From positions 32,001 through 96,000 of the IMG/VR virus record IMGVR_UViG_3300037400_002699: a stretch of 64,000 bases of DNA; one strand, 5' to 3'. The notes under the pieces were generated by a model. That model saw nothing but the letters and a program-made list of their open reading frames with translations, searched no databases and was not told where the DNA came from. The position numbers and the translations under genes were made by a program. This DNA is from a virus. Lineage: Duplodnaviria > Caudoviricetes. Shown here piece after piece: positions 1-9,667 of the stretch. Every line of letters begins with the position of its first letter. The first letter of the stretch is position 1.

Positions 1-2
1 GG

Positions 3-722
3 CTTGCTAATAGAATCAACGAAGCATACAGGAAGGAAGAAAACATCAAGACGACGTTTCATGGTACAAAGCCTTCCACTGAGAAGGGTTTATTCAAGAG
101 AATAAATGACCTAACGAAGAATGGGCAGCTTAATACAAGGTTATTTGGCGGTGTGTCTGATGCCCTTGATTTCTACAGGAGAATCCTTGGTAAAATTGGC
201 AATCTTAGGTGTGTTGATGCCTGTGAAGGTAATAATTACGTTGTTAAGCTTGATACTGAAGGCGGGCTTAGTTATTTAGGCCTTATGAGAATTAAGGATG
301 CTGAAGAAGGTAAGTGCAAGGCTAGTATTACATTCTCCCCACACGCTGATGCGAACGATGGTGTTGAACCAGAGGAATCAGAGCCTACAATTGAGGATGA
401 CTTTGATTATGAGGATACTCCAAATAAATACGGAACTGTTCAAAACGATAGAAACTATGAGATTTATGGAGAAGGAAGAATCACCAGGATGACTGGTAGT
501 GAACTTCACAATCTTATCAAGGAATCTGTAAAAAAGCTGCTTAAAGAAGAGGAAAGTTCATATAGGGGTATCTATATACAGGGCTTAGGATTGCCAGAAG
601 AGTGGCTAATGCGTAAGATTGACTGGGCTTTTGATGAGAAGGGTTATTCACCAAAGCAAGTTCAGTGGATGGTTGACTGGTTGGCACATGAGACTTCTAA
701 TGATGAAAATTATAGGCGTTAA
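3..722 (+). CDS. 5'-truncated hypothetical protein with an internal copy of the putative head-targeting motif
   Basis: The frame is open from position 3, so the gene starts before the window. It contains ITRMTGSELHNLIKESVKKLLKEE near the C-terminus, followed by a ~50 aa domain. Confidence 0.75.
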   Translation, partial: LANRINEAYRKEENIKTTFHGTKPSTEKGLFKRINDLTKNGQLNTRLFGGVSDALDFYRRILGKIGNLRCVDACEGNNYVVKLDTEGGLSYLGLMRIKDAEEGKCKASITFSPHADANDGVEPEESEPTIEDDFDYEDTPNKYGTVQNDRNYEIYGEGRITRMTGSELHNLIKESVKKLLKEEESSYRGIYIQGLGLPEEWLMRKIDWAFDEKGYSPKQVQWMVDWLAHETSNDENYRR

Positions 723-733
723 TTTTGAATGCT

Positions 734-976
734 ATGATATCAGAGAATATAATAAACAATATAATCAGTGAGTCCATTAATCTTGTTCTTGAGGGAAAGA
801 GCAGTATTCACATCAAGAAAAAGAACAAGGGAAAGTTCAATGCCTTGAAGAAGAGGACTGGAAAGTCCACTGAGGAGTTGACTCATTCGAAGAACCCGTT
901 GACCAGGAAGAGGGCCGTGTTTGCTCAAAATGCTAAGAAGTGGTCCCACAAAGGCAGGAAAAATAAAAAGAGTTAA
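734..976 (+). CDS. Small very basic protein with degenerate head-targeting leader (possible DNA-binding internal protein)
   Basis: ATG at 734 (ORF track starts at TTG 725). Leader MISENIINNIISESINLVLE, then a K/R-rich domain; a hairpin terminator follows. Confidence 0.65.
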   Translation: MISENIINNIISESINLVLEGKSSIHIKKKNKGKFNALKKRTGKSTEELTHSKNPLTRKRAVFAQNAKKWSHKGRKNKKS

Positions 977-1169
977 GGAGAGACCTTAACTCTTTTTTCA
1001 TGCCTTTACGGTTATACTTACTTTTGTCCTTGTAGACACGGTTCATTGAAACAAATTGACCGCCGCCATTGCGTTCAAATTGTTCATCACGGCTAATCAT
1101 CCTCAGTATCTTGTACTGTTCCGTGCTCTTCGTTGGTTTACTTTTTTTACACATCTTGGAATCCTCCAT
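933..1169 (-). CDS. Hypothetical basic protein
   Basis: Last ORF of the minus-strand operon, coupled to 1147..1845. Its 3' end overlaps the convergent gene and the terminator. Confidence 0.5.
   Translation of the reverse strand: MEDSKMCKKSKPTKSTEQYKILRMISRDEQFERNGGGQFVSMNRVYKDKSKYNRKGMKKELRSLLNSFYFSCLCGTTS
965..998. terminator. Intrinsic terminator between convergent genes
   Basis: AAAAGAGTTAAGG-AGAGA-CCTTAACTCTTTTTT inverted repeat with A/T tails. Confidence 0.7.
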
Positions 1170-1845
1170 CTTCTGTTAGTATAAACGCTTTTCTGCAATC
1201 AAGGCAAGCCCATGTCTTTGTTATGACTGGGCGTTCCTCCTGTTGTGAATGCCCGAATATCTGGTAAATTCCATCAATATCCTCACTATCCCCTTTTTCT
1301 GCGATGTCAGACCATACTATGCTGCCTATTCTACCAAAGCCGCCTCTTTCTCTTGATACCTGCATAAGTATCTCAGTTCCTTGTCTAAGTCCTTTAAGTT
1401 TATTAAGATTCTCAGCATTAAGGTCTCCTATCAGCTCCTTATGCTGCTCATACCATGACTTCAATACACCTGCATGTGTGAACAGATAATGCTTGTCCCC
1501 CTCATATTCATAAGCAAGCTGGAACAGCCCCCTATTGTTATTAAAGAGTCTATTTATAGACCATGCATGACTTGAGTCGTATCTTGACCTTGTTCTGAAG
1601 TTGCTATCGTAGTATTGATAGTCATGATTTCCAAGAAGCAATATGACCTTATCTGTATGAGCCTTCTTATACTCTATTATATCAGCGAAGTTATTGATTG
1701 CACCCCTCCTGGTGATACCCTCCCAGTTATATGGGTCAAGGTAGTCGCCAAGGAATACGATTTTATCACGCCCCTCAGCATGTCTTTCAACGGCATCTTT
1801 CCAGAACGTCCTACCATGTACATCACCTATTATAAGTATACTCAT
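1147..1845 (-). CDS. Calcineurin-like metallophosphoesterase
   Basis: GDVHG, GDYLD, GNHD, HAG and GHS motifs. Confidence 0.9.
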   Translation of the reverse strand: MSILIIGDVHGRTFWKDAVERHAEGRDKIVFLGDYLDPYNWEGITRRGAINNFADIIEYKKAHTDKVILLLGNHDYQYYDSNFRTRSRYDSSHAWSINRLFNNNRGLFQLAYEYEGDKHYLFTHAGVLKSWYEQHKELIGDLNAENLNKLKGLRQGTEILMQVSRERGGFGRIGSIVWSDIAEKGDSEDIDGIYQIFGHSQQEERPVITKTWACLDCRKAFILTEDGGFQDV

Positions 1846-1894
1846 ATTTTCTTTATGTTATTAGCTCTTTTATTTTTTTATATTTTCTATTTTT

Positions 1895-2536
1895 TTATTT
1901 GGTTTTTTTCATCCACATTTTCATATTTTCTTTCTCTTTTATTTGAGATTGGATTTTAAAGTTCAAATCTAGCCAAGATATTGGGGCATAATCGTTAAAG
2001 TCAACACCAACATCATATTGTGTTGGAAATTCATACTTTAAGACTCGTTCTATATCTAAACCTTTTGGACTGTTTCTAGATAGGTGAACGTGTCCATGAC
2101 ACTGGTACACCAGTCCCTTCGGGTCACGATAAGTACCTCCGTAACATAGGAATGGTACATGATTAAGGTAAACCTTCCTTCCCTCAATCTCCACCTTCAT
2201 CTGAAAGGTTACATAGTCAAATAGCTCCTTTTCTGCTGTAGGTGTCATATTCTTCTCATCGTGGTTTCCCTTGATAAGAATAATGTTACCATTAAGCTGG
2301 CTTCTGATATTCTTCCAGAACGGGTATCCACCCCAAGCAAAATCCCCAAGGTGGAAGACCAATCCATCCGCTGGTACTTTCTTATTCCAGTTTTCAATGA
2401 GCTTGTAGTTCATTTCCTCCACGTCCTTGAACGGGCGGTTACAGAACTCAATGATTCGTTCATGACCCCAGTGAGTATCTGACGTTAGAAATATCTTAGA
2501 GCCATCTGGATATTTTATATCAATATTCTCTTTCAT
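1895..2536 (-). CDS. Calcineurin-like metallophosphoesterase (phage phosphoesterase type)
   Basis: SDTHWGH, HLGDF, KGNHD, GHVH and DVGVD motifs. Confidence 0.9.
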   Translation of the reverse strand: MKENIDIKYPDGSKIFLTSDTHWGHERIIEFCNRPFKDVEEMNYKLIENWNKKVPADGLVFHLGDFAWGGYPFWKNIRSQLNGNIILIKGNHDEKNMTPTAEKELFDYVTFQMKVEIEGRKVYLNHVPFLCYGGTYRDPKGLVYQCHGHVHLSRNSPKGLDIERVLKYEFPTQYDVGVDFNDYAPISWLDLNFKIQSQIKEKENMKMWMKKTK

Positions 2537-2540
2537 TGTG

Positions 2541-2572
2541 CAAAGTTATATATTTTTTTTCTGAAAAACAAA
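2541..2572 (-). promoter_or_regulatory. Bacteroidota-type sigma promoter (-33 TTTG / -7 TAACTTTG)
   Basis: Plus strand CAAAGTTA 2541-2548 and CAAA 2569-2572, 20-nt spacer. Confidence 0.7.
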
Positions 2573-2591
2573 AAATCGTGGTTAAAGTCTG

Positions 2592-3452
2592 TTAAAGTAT
2601 CATTTTTAGGTCTTCGATGTTAAGTGCGTTATAGACAAATTCGTATGTGTCGTCATTGTATGTAATCTTAACACCGTTATTTTCCAGCATTTCAACACTC
2701 TTTATTGCATCCTTGTTAAATTCTATTGGTGAGTAGGTGAACATATCCCTTGATAGCATGAGCATGTCAAGGGTTGACATCTTTGCTATTTCACCCTCAG
2801 TACCATTTTCCAGTATTCTATTAAACTCTTTATCCCTAAAGGCGCAAGACCTTTCATAATTATCCATGAAAGCCCCCCATTTAAACAATAGATAATGTAA
2901 CGTGTTGTCATTTATTATAATCCTGTTCCAGCAGTCGTGCCAAGTAAGTGATGTCTCCGACTCATGGTTCGATATATTCTCCAGGGTTGTCCTGGTGACA
3001 AACCAACAGTTGCCTCCAAGTTCCTCTATGAGTTCCTTTTCATTCTTGAATCTTACGTCATCAATCACATAATTTTCATTCGGGTTTATCATGGCACGTA
3101 TCCTGTTAACGTGCCAATCCTTGTTATACTTTCTGATTAAGTCAGTACCTATAAACTGAAGCATCTGTCTTACGGTGTTTATGACTTTACCGTGACACTT
3201 CTCCCTTACGACATCCAATGGTATCTCAGTCTCTTCAGCAAGAATCTCGCACATATCGTCACCAATTGTAATTCCTATGTCGATTCCCTTGTTTTTGGCT
3301 TCGTTGAGTCCATCAATGGAAATATCCAGGAGGTCTGCACAGAGTTGCTTAAGTGGTAAGGCAAAGTACAACTTACGATACCCCAAGTTCTCACAGACTT
3401 TCGCAAGTTCCGTCTTTCCAGAACGCATGCGGCCAGCAAATCCGATAATCAT
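2592..3452 (-). CDS. Deoxynucleoside monophosphate kinase (T4 gp1-like)
   Basis: N-terminal GRMRSGKT P-loop; FALPLK, RQMLQFIGTD, DDVRFKNE and HESE motifs. Confidence 0.85.
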   Translation of the reverse strand: MIIGFAGRMRSGKTELAKVCENLGYRKLYFALPLKQLCADLLDISIDGLNEAKNKGIDIGITIGDDMCEILAEETEIPLDVVREKCHGKVINTVRQMLQFIGTDLIRKYNKDWHVNRIRAMINPNENYVIDDVRFKNEKELIEELGGNCWFVTRTTLENISNHESETSLTWHDCWNRIIINDNTLHYLLFKWGAFMDNYERSCAFRDKEFNRILENGTEGEIAKMSTLDMLMLSRDMFTYSPIEFNKDAIKSVEMLENNGVKITYNDDTYEFVYNALNIEDLKMIL

Positions 3453-3454
3453 AG

Positions 3455-3790
3455 TTATTCCTCCTCTTCTTCTTTATCCTCTTCCTCACCCCTGTCTTGT
3501 AAGGCAGTGTTGATAAGGTCTATCAAGTCCTTGAGTGGTATATTACCCATGACCTTATAGATAGGGTCGTCGTTCTCATCAAACAGGATTGTGGTTGGTA
3601 TTGACCTAATGCCAAGCTTCTCGAATGTAGGTGACATATCCTTGCGTTTTTCGATATTGATTACCTCAAATTCCAAATCCTTATATTCCTCCATTTCGCT
3701 GACTTTCCTAAACGTAGGTGCATAGTTTCTACATGGTATACACCAGTCAGCTGAGTATTTTACTACTTTTTTTACTTTATTAGTGTTCAT
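3455..3790 (-). CDS. Thioredoxin
   Basis: ADWCIPC active site and SIPT cis-Pro motif. Confidence 0.9.
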   Translation of the reverse strand: MNTNKVKKVVKYSADWCIPCRNYAPTFRKVSEMEEYKDLEFEVINIEKRKDMSPTFEKLGIRSIPTTILFDENDDPIYKVMGNIPLKDLIDLINTALQDRGEEEDKEEEEE

Positions 3791-5580
3791 CTTCTTCTAA
3801 TTTTTACGTTTTTCTTATTTCTAAATATATCATTGAATGAATTAATTCCTCTCGAAGAATTCATACTGATTGTGGAGCTTGTAGGTATTCTCTTCTCTAC
3901 TGGCTTTGCATTGGCAATTATAGCCCTTGCTGAATTCTCATTAATGATTGTGGTGGTTGACTTTCCAAGAATCCTGTTGACCTGGTACTCAATCCTTGCA
4001 AGTTTTGACGTACTATTAGCGTTAGTTGCATCAAAATCCTGGAAGTCTTTCTCGTCGATGAATCCAAGTGTATCTTTAGCCCTGGTGTATGCGACATACA
4101 TGAGGTTTTGCTCCTGCCTTATCTCCCAGTCCTTCTGTGCCGCCTTGCTAGGCATGAGTGAAGGACAGACAATGTAGACGTTATTTGCCTCCAAACCTTT
4201 AGCCTTGTGAATGGTTGACAATGCTATTCCAGTTCCCTTCTTGTCGCCCTTCGGGAATATCTCATCAATTCTCTTGATAAGTTCATCCGTTTGGTTGATT
4301 CCCTCTGATAATATCTCAAGAGCCTTTATCATATCCATCTTATTTTCGATTATAGGGCTTTTTAAGGCTGTCTGAGCGTCGATTCCAGAGCGTACCATGA
4401 TGTTATTCCTCGTGGTAAATAAATCGTCGTAGAGCCTTGCAAATAAGCCATCAGACCTACAGTCAGCATTGATTACATCTTGCTTGGTACTCATCACGAG
4501 CTTCTTTAGGTTGCTCCCTATGTCCTTGCCCCTAATGAAGGCTTTCTTACCAATCTTCAGAAACTCGTTATAGACCTGGATAAGTGGTGCATTGTTTCTG
4601 CACAGTATCATATCACCATCCTCTACCATATCCAGTGGTACATTATATAATACCTTACCTTCTCTACCTCCAGCTTCATTCCATTCTATAGAAGGTACAA
4701 TCTGCTTTGCGTAGTCAACAATGTTCCTTCCACAGCGATATGAAATACTGAGTGGTAGGCATGTGGTATTAGGTATTGATAGTATCTTATTGAATGACTC
4801 TGGGTCGGCCCCCGCAAAACTATAGAGGCACTGGTTTCTGTCGCCAATGGAGATAAGCCTCGTGCCCATCTTGAAACACTTCAACACAAGCTCTCTCTCG
4901 GCTTTGTTCATATCCTGGCATTCATCTACCATAATGAAGTCGTAAAGCAGTCCCAGTGGCTTCAAATTAAGCACATGAGGCAACCATACCATGTCTGTAT
5001 AATCTATATCTTCCAGATGGTTCTTTCCCCACTCCATAACCTTCAATGCTACAGACTTTTCGTCAGCAAACGTCTCGATACCATATCTGGTTTCTATGAA
5101 CTCCAGGTCTTTCTCAGTCTGACAGAGATAAAATCTTCCGAAATCAACATACTTCTTGATATTATCCATATACTTGAAGTAGTCCTTTGGTGATAACCTA
5201 CGGAGGTTTATAGTGGTATAATCGCGTATGAAGTTCCTTATGTGGGACTCATATTTGAATGGTTCTGGAACAATAGATATCGTCGGGAGGTTTCTCTTAA
5301 TCATAGTAAAGCCAAGACCGTGAAGTGTCTTTACCTCCACGTTTTCAAACTTCTTTGTCTTCTTGGTTAGTTCCTCCACAATGTCCCTGTTGAACGCTGC
5401 CATCAGTATCTTTTTGTCCTCTGGTATCAGTTCAAGACATTTGATAAGCGTTGTTGTTTTTCCAGCACCAGCAGCAGCCTCTACTACTATATGACCACTA
5501 CCGTGAAGTATCTGGTCGAATATGGCCGTCTGGTATTTACTAGGTACAAAATTATCAACTTCTTTCTTCTTTCTTGACAT
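3787..5580 (-). CDS. UvrD/Rep-like superfamily 1 helicase
   Basis: AAAGAGKTT, VDECQD, GDRNQ, SYRC, TIHKAKGLE and YVAYTRA motifs. Confidence 0.92.
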   Translation of the reverse strand: MSRKKKEVDNFVPSKYQTAIFDQILHGSGHIVVEAAAGAGKTTTLIKCLELIPEDKKILMAAFNRDIVEELTKKTKKFENVEVKTLHGLGFTMIKRNLPTISIVPEPFKYESHIRNFIRDYTTINLRRLSPKDYFKYMDNIKKYVDFGRFYLCQTEKDLEFIETRYGIETFADEKSVALKVMEWGKNHLEDIDYTDMVWLPHVLNLKPLGLLYDFIMVDECQDMNKAERELVLKCFKMGTRLISIGDRNQCLYSFAGADPESFNKILSIPNTTCLPLSISYRCGRNIVDYAKQIVPSIEWNEAGGREGKVLYNVPLDMVEDGDMILCRNNAPLIQVYNEFLKIGKKAFIRGKDIGSNLKKLVMSTKQDVINADCRSDGLFARLYDDLFTTRNNIMVRSGIDAQTALKSPIIENKMDMIKALEILSEGINQTDELIKRIDEIFPKGDKKGTGIALSTIHKAKGLEANNVYIVCPSLMPSKAAQKDWEIRQEQNLMYVAYTRAKDTLGFIDEKDFQDFDATNANSTSKLARIEYQVNRILGKSTTTIINENSARAIIANAKPVEKRIPTSSTISMNSSRGINSFNDIFRNKKNVKIRRR

Positions 5581-5595
5581 CTTTTTCTTTTAGTG

Positions 5596-5627
5596 CAAAG
5601 ATATATAAAAAAAGTTAAAAAAACAAA
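5596..5627 (-). promoter_or_regulatory. Bacteroidota-type sigma promoter
   Basis: CAAAGATA 5596-5603 and CAAA 5624-5627 on plus (TTTG-N20-TATCTTTG on minus). Confidence 0.8.
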
Positions 5628-5640
5628 TTTATCAAAACAA

Positions 5641-5679
5641 AAAAATGGACTAGAAGCGAATCTAGTCCATTTTTTTTTT
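5641..5679. terminator. Intrinsic terminator
   Basis: AAAAATGGACTAGA-AGCGAA-TCTAGTCCATTTTTTT perfect stem. Confidence 0.85.
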
Positions 5680-5696
5680 CTGTCTACGTTCTTCTT

Positions 5697-6536
5697 TTAC
5701 TCATCCTGGAAGATGTCACGGAGGTAGTTACGCAGGTGGGGGTTCTTCTCAAGGGTGTCCTTGATTTTGTTCTTGAGGTTGACCACTGAGGGGTCAATTG
5801 GAGCACCACCGTTACGTGCTGCACGAAGTTCTGCCATACGTCTGTCCTTGTCCTCAAGGAAGTGTACGAGCTGCTCACGGCTTGCGCTCTCAACGTCAAT
5901 CTCACCGTCCCACAGCTTGCTCTGGATGATGTCCACGAGCTGCTCACGCTCCATCGTGTTGAAAGGAGGACGCTGCTGCTGACCAGGTGCTGGCTTTGGC
6001 CAAGGCTTGAATCTGCCGTTAGCACCACGAGGCTGAACGCCTACTGGAGCTGGTTCGGGCATTTCCTGGCGATGGAAGTCATCGAACAGACCTGGAGGAG
6101 GTGGGGGCATTGTGCCTGGACGACGCATAGGAGCACCTGGACGCTGTGGCATTGGCATAGGTGTACCAGGACCGAAGCCTCCCTGCGGACGCTGTGGATG
6201 GTTTGGAATAGGGCGACCCTGTGGAGTGAAACCCTGGGGCTGCTCTGCTGGAGGAACGGGAGCACCGTTTTCCATAGCGAGAGGAGACTCCTCTACGGGC
6301 TTAATCTCAAGGACGTTGCCAGTTGCGATGAGCAACTTTGCGAAGGTAGTGAGGGTAATCTCACCGTTTCCATCGAGAATCTGCGCCAGCTCTGCCTCGG
6401 AAATTGCAAGTGCGTAAGCCAACTCACTGCGAGAAGTGTTAACCTCCTGCATAAACTGCATCATTCTGTTACGAATGTCATTCTTAGCCTGGCGAACCCA
6501 CTCGCTAGAGGCTGAAAGTAAAATCTGTCTATTCAT
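5697..6536 (-). CDS. XRE-type HTH protein with long Pro/Gln-rich disordered linker
   Basis: SRSELAYALAISEAELAQILDG...ITLTTFAKLLIATG HTH pattern; central PPP/PQ-rich tract; own promoter and terminator. Confidence 0.75.
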   Translation of the reverse strand: MNRQILLSASSEWVRQAKNDIRNRMMQFMQEVNTSRSELAYALAISEAELAQILDGNGEITLTTFAKLLIATGNVLEIKPVEESPLAMENGAPVPPAEQPQGFTPQGRPIPNHPQRPQGGFGPGTPMPMPQRPGAPMRRPGTMPPPPPGLFDDFHRQEMPEPAPVGVQPRGANGRFKPWPKPAPGQQQRPPFNTMEREQLVDIIQSKLWDGEIDVESASREQLVHFLEDKDRRMAELRAARNGGAPIDPSVVNLKNKIKDTLEKNPHLRNYLRDIFQDE

Positions 6537-6575
6537 TTTAAAACTGTTTGTTAGTTAAATTTCTAATTCACGGTG

Positions 6576-6606
6576 CAAAGATATATATTTTCTGTGAGAA
6601 AACAAA
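6576..6606 (-). promoter_or_regulatory. Bacteroidota-type sigma promoter
   Basis: CAAAGATA 6576-6583 and CAAA 6603-6606, 19-nt spacer. Confidence 0.8.
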
Positions 6607-6621
6607 ATCCCTTAACACTTT

Positions 6622-7839
6622 TTAAGATAAATGATATGCTTTCTTCCTTATGTCGATAAGAAGGTCATTCACGAATGACTCGTCAATCTTCTTAGGAAGG
6701 TTTGACTTCTCAATTGCTTCATCAAGGTTTGCCTTATCCTTGTTTACAATCTCCATAAGCTCATCATACTCGAACTGATGATTTCTAACAGCCATAAGGA
6801 AGTCTCTGTCACCAGCAACACGTCTGTCAAGAATAAGTCCGTCACCGTTTGCAATCTCCTTACCCATACGGATAAGTCTGATGCAGTGCATCATGTTCTT
6901 TGAGTCATAGTTCTTGTCGAGGTTTGACTCATAACGCTTCTGGTTACGGTTCTGCTCCCAGTCCTTGTACTCCTTATACTTCTTGCAGTGGTCTTTGAAA
7001 CCACTCTCGTTGTATATCATGTGAACAAGAGGCTTCTCACCCTTTGTAACAGAAGAGCAACGCATATCAGTAGCCTCGTCAAGGCACATACCACGATAAT
7101 GCTTTACCTCCTTATTCTGCTCGAACCACTCCATAAGGGCGTAATCCTTAGACATAAGGTCGTAGAACTCAAGAGCGAACTCAAACGCCTTTCCACCAAG
7201 GTGCATAAAATCACCTGCTCTCTTGAAGTTATTTGCCTCGAAGTGAGCACCCCAGTCATAGTATACACCGTAGGTATCGTGCATATTAGGGATATGTACC
7301 AGACCACAGAAGTCCTTGTTAAGGCCACGGTTCTCCAGCCAGTTCTTAATCTTAGTACTACCCTGTGCATGGAAAGTATATGCAAAGTCGAATGGAGTCA
7401 GACGCTCGTGCATAGGATTCACAATCTTCTTGTTTAGCCCACGAGCCTTACCAATCTGCTGCACAGCATAACCTACAAACGGTGCAAAACACTGCTTGGT
7501 AATGAACTTATTCTTGTTTGCAAACAACTCAGCAAGAATAGGAGAAGGCTTGGTGATAACCTTATCCTCTGGAACAAAGAGTGACTCGATAATGCTGGGG
7601 TTGGACTTCATAAGCATGTGCATGTACTTACGAAGCTCATACCAGGTATTATCGTTCTTTGCATCAGCAACAAGCTCCTGGTAGCCAAGACCGATACCAA
7701 GCAGGGTATCGTGCGGGGCAATGAAGAGTCCGCTGCTGTCAACGTCACTATCTTCTGTCGCTAATCCATAGAGGTGAGAACCCCTAACGTACTCGTAAAG
7801 GAGTCTACCATCTTCTCTGATTTTATCGAAATTAGTCAT
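6622..7839 (-). CDS. DNA polymerase beta-superfamily nucleotidyltransferase (YcgL/RlaP-like)
   Basis: RGSHLYGLATEDSDVD catalytic motif, SNPSIIE, and C-terminal YDSKNMMHCIRL. Confidence 0.8.
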   Translation of the reverse strand: MTNFDKIREDGRLLYEYVRGSHLYGLATEDSDVDSSGLFIAPHDTLLGIGLGYQELVADAKNDNTWYELRKYMHMLMKSNPSIIESLFVPEDKVITKPSPILAELFANKNKFITKQCFAPFVGYAVQQIGKARGLNKKIVNPMHERLTPFDFAYTFHAQGSTKIKNWLENRGLNKDFCGLVHIPNMHDTYGVYYDWGAHFEANNFKRAGDFMHLGGKAFEFALEFYDLMSKDYALMEWFEQNKEVKHYRGMCLDEATDMRCSSVTKGEKPLVHMIYNESGFKDHCKKYKEYKDWEQNRNQKRYESNLDKNYDSKNMMHCIRLIRMGKEIANGDGLILDRRVAGDRDFLMAVRNHQFEYDELMEIVNKDKANLDEAIEKSNLPKKIDESFVNDLLIDIRKKAYHLS

Positions 7840-7860
7840 ATTTATTTTAATTTATTAGTT

Positions 7861-8655
7861 TCAAAAAAAGACGTTTTTTTCAGTAAGAAATTTTTCCAAA
7901 TCGGTGTAACTTTTAATCATCACATCCTGTATTTTGAAGACATCTTCATCTTTTACAACCAATGTTCCAGTTTTTTCAAAATTGGAGAGATTATTCCAGT
8001 TAATGCTGAATGTTTCCATTAACATATCTTGCATTTGACTTGAATTCTTACCCTGGAGTTCCTTTGGTGAAAATTTTGATTGTGCTAATGATGAAACAGA
8101 ATTCCTTACTGAATCCTTAATGCGCCAAAGTATACAATTTATAAGTTCTTCTCTTGGGATGTTGAACACACGTGCGTCGAACATTGCACCCTTCTCAATG
8201 GCTTTTTCATAAACTTTGTTAAACTTATGTGCGTCCTCGCTAACCTCTACTTTGCTATATGCATCCGTAAACCACTCTGCATATGCGTCAATAAACTTAT
8301 GATTGAAGTACAGTGTACACATAGAAGCAGCCACTGAGCACATCTTCTGTACGCTGTAGTCGAACCAAGCATCTGTGTTAATATCGTTGTAGTCAACCAA
8401 TACAAGTGTAATCTCGTCTGACTGAGTGTAGCCAAGAACACAACCCTGGATTTTCTGACACAGCTTAAGGGTTGTCTCTTGCATCGCCTTCATCAGCACC
8501 TTATCAAACGGTTTATCGAAGCCACGTGTGAAGGTGTGGAATGCTTTACCATCCAGTCTGACAATAACTGGCATACGTCTAACGAGATAGGTCTTAGCCC
8601 TGTTCTCGTAGTAGTTTTTCATCCTGTCACCCAGGCTATCTCTTTTATTTGCCAT
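7861..8655 (-). CDS. tRNA(His) guanylyltransferase / Thg1-like protein
   Basis: RMKNYYE, VRLDGKAFHTFT, KPFD, YTQSDEITL, FDARVF and WR..D..RNS motifs. Confidence 0.92.
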   Translation of the reverse strand: MANKRDSLGDRMKNYYENRAKTYLVRRMPVIVRLDGKAFHTFTRGFDKPFDKVLMKAMQETTLKLCQKIQGCVLGYTQSDEITLVLVDYNDINTDAWFDYSVQKMCSVAASMCTLYFNHKFIDAYAEWFTDAYSKVEVSEDAHKFNKVYEKAIEKGAMFDARVFNIPREELINCILWRIKDSVRNSVSSLAQSKFSPKELQGKNSSQMQDMLMETFSINWNNLSNFEKTGTLVVKDEDVFKIQDVMIKSYTDLEKFLTEKNVFF

Positions 8656-9328
8656 ATTTCTTCTTAATTATTAATGTTGAATCACTGTAATTTATCATTA
8701 TGTCTCCAAACTTCCCAAGCATTGTCTGTCCAAATAGAGGAGAATCGTCAGCACTACCACCTTCTGGGTCTGATGTACATTTGACCGAATCAATCTTGAT
8801 ACCAGCAAGTTCTACTGATTTCAGCATATACTCCACACATTCATGTTCTTGACCATCAGCATATATGCAGGTTGCTGTTCCAACAGGTTTCTTGGAATCA
8901 AGCAGACCCTGGTGTCCCAAGAATAAAACCTCCACTGGTGTTAGGTGTATGCCAGCACACCCTGTATCAAGCAAGAAACGCATTTCTACTCCATTGATTT
9001 TCGGTCTGATATACATCATGTTTTTGTGTATCTCAAGTTTTACCTTAATTACAGAACTGTCAACCTGGTTTCTGACTGGTGCTGGCTTTGGAAGTGTATC
9101 ATTGATAATACCTATTTCAGTAAGTCCTTTAACCGTATCTTTCTTGATTCGTTCAATACTTAAAGCATCTGCAATAAGGTTGTATGTACTGTCCTTATAT
9201 TCAACAAGCTTTTCTCCAGCCTTATCAACAGCAGCTTTACCCCCAACAACAATGACGAAGGTAATTGCTGAAATGATTGCAATTATGAAAACTGTTACAA
9301 AACAGCCAAAGCCTTTTTTATTTTTCAT
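8645..9328 (-). CDS. Membrane-anchored retropepsin-like aspartyl protease
   Basis: N-terminal hydrophobic helix; INGVEMRFLLDTGC catalytic motif; LFGQTML. Confidence 0.8.
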   Translation of the reverse strand: MKNKKGFGCFVTVFIIAIISAITFVIVVGGKAAVDKAGEKLVEYKDSTYNLIADALSIERIKKDTVKGLTEIGIINDTLPKPAPVRNQVDSSVIKVKLEIHKNMMYIRPKINGVEMRFLLDTGCAGIHLTPVEVLFLGHQGLLDSKKPVGTATCIYADGQEHECVEYMLKSVELAGIKIDSVKCTSDPEGGSADDSPLFGQTMLGKFGDIMINYSDSTLIIKKKYGK

Positions 9329-9560
9329 TTTCTATCAGTTTTTTTAATTCACGTACACAATCTGAATATCTCCTGTGTCCCTTGGTTACAACCTTACCAT
9401 CCTTTAATGCTCTGAACTCATGGTGGTAATAAACTGAGCATTTGTTAAAGCATGATTGCTCTATATACTCTATGATGTATCCCTTGTACTTATATGTTCT
9501 TAACGCACCAGGCTTACTCCAGGGTGTGCATTCAAACCAAGGTGCTGTTTTACTTTCCAT
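9318..9560 (-). CDS. Hypothetical protein
   Basis: In operon, overlapping the next gene start. Confidence 0.6.
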   Translation of the reverse strand: MESKTAPWFECTPWSKPGALRTYKYKGYIIEYIEQSCFNKCSVYYHHEFRALKDGKVVTKGHRRYSDCVRELKKLIENEK

Positions 9561-9667
9561 TATTAATTATCGTTTTTAGTGATTGTGACATGTTCTTTAT
9601 TTCAAACAATACGTTTTGCAGTTTTTGCAATATTGTTTACGTCCAATCTGAGCCATTACTATCTTAA

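Noticed and set aside
9597-9656. 19-codon minus-strand ORF MAQIGRKQYCKNCKTYCLK with a CxxC motif
   Set aside because: Too short to support. It could be a Zn-ribbon remnant or microprotein, but there is no independent evidence.
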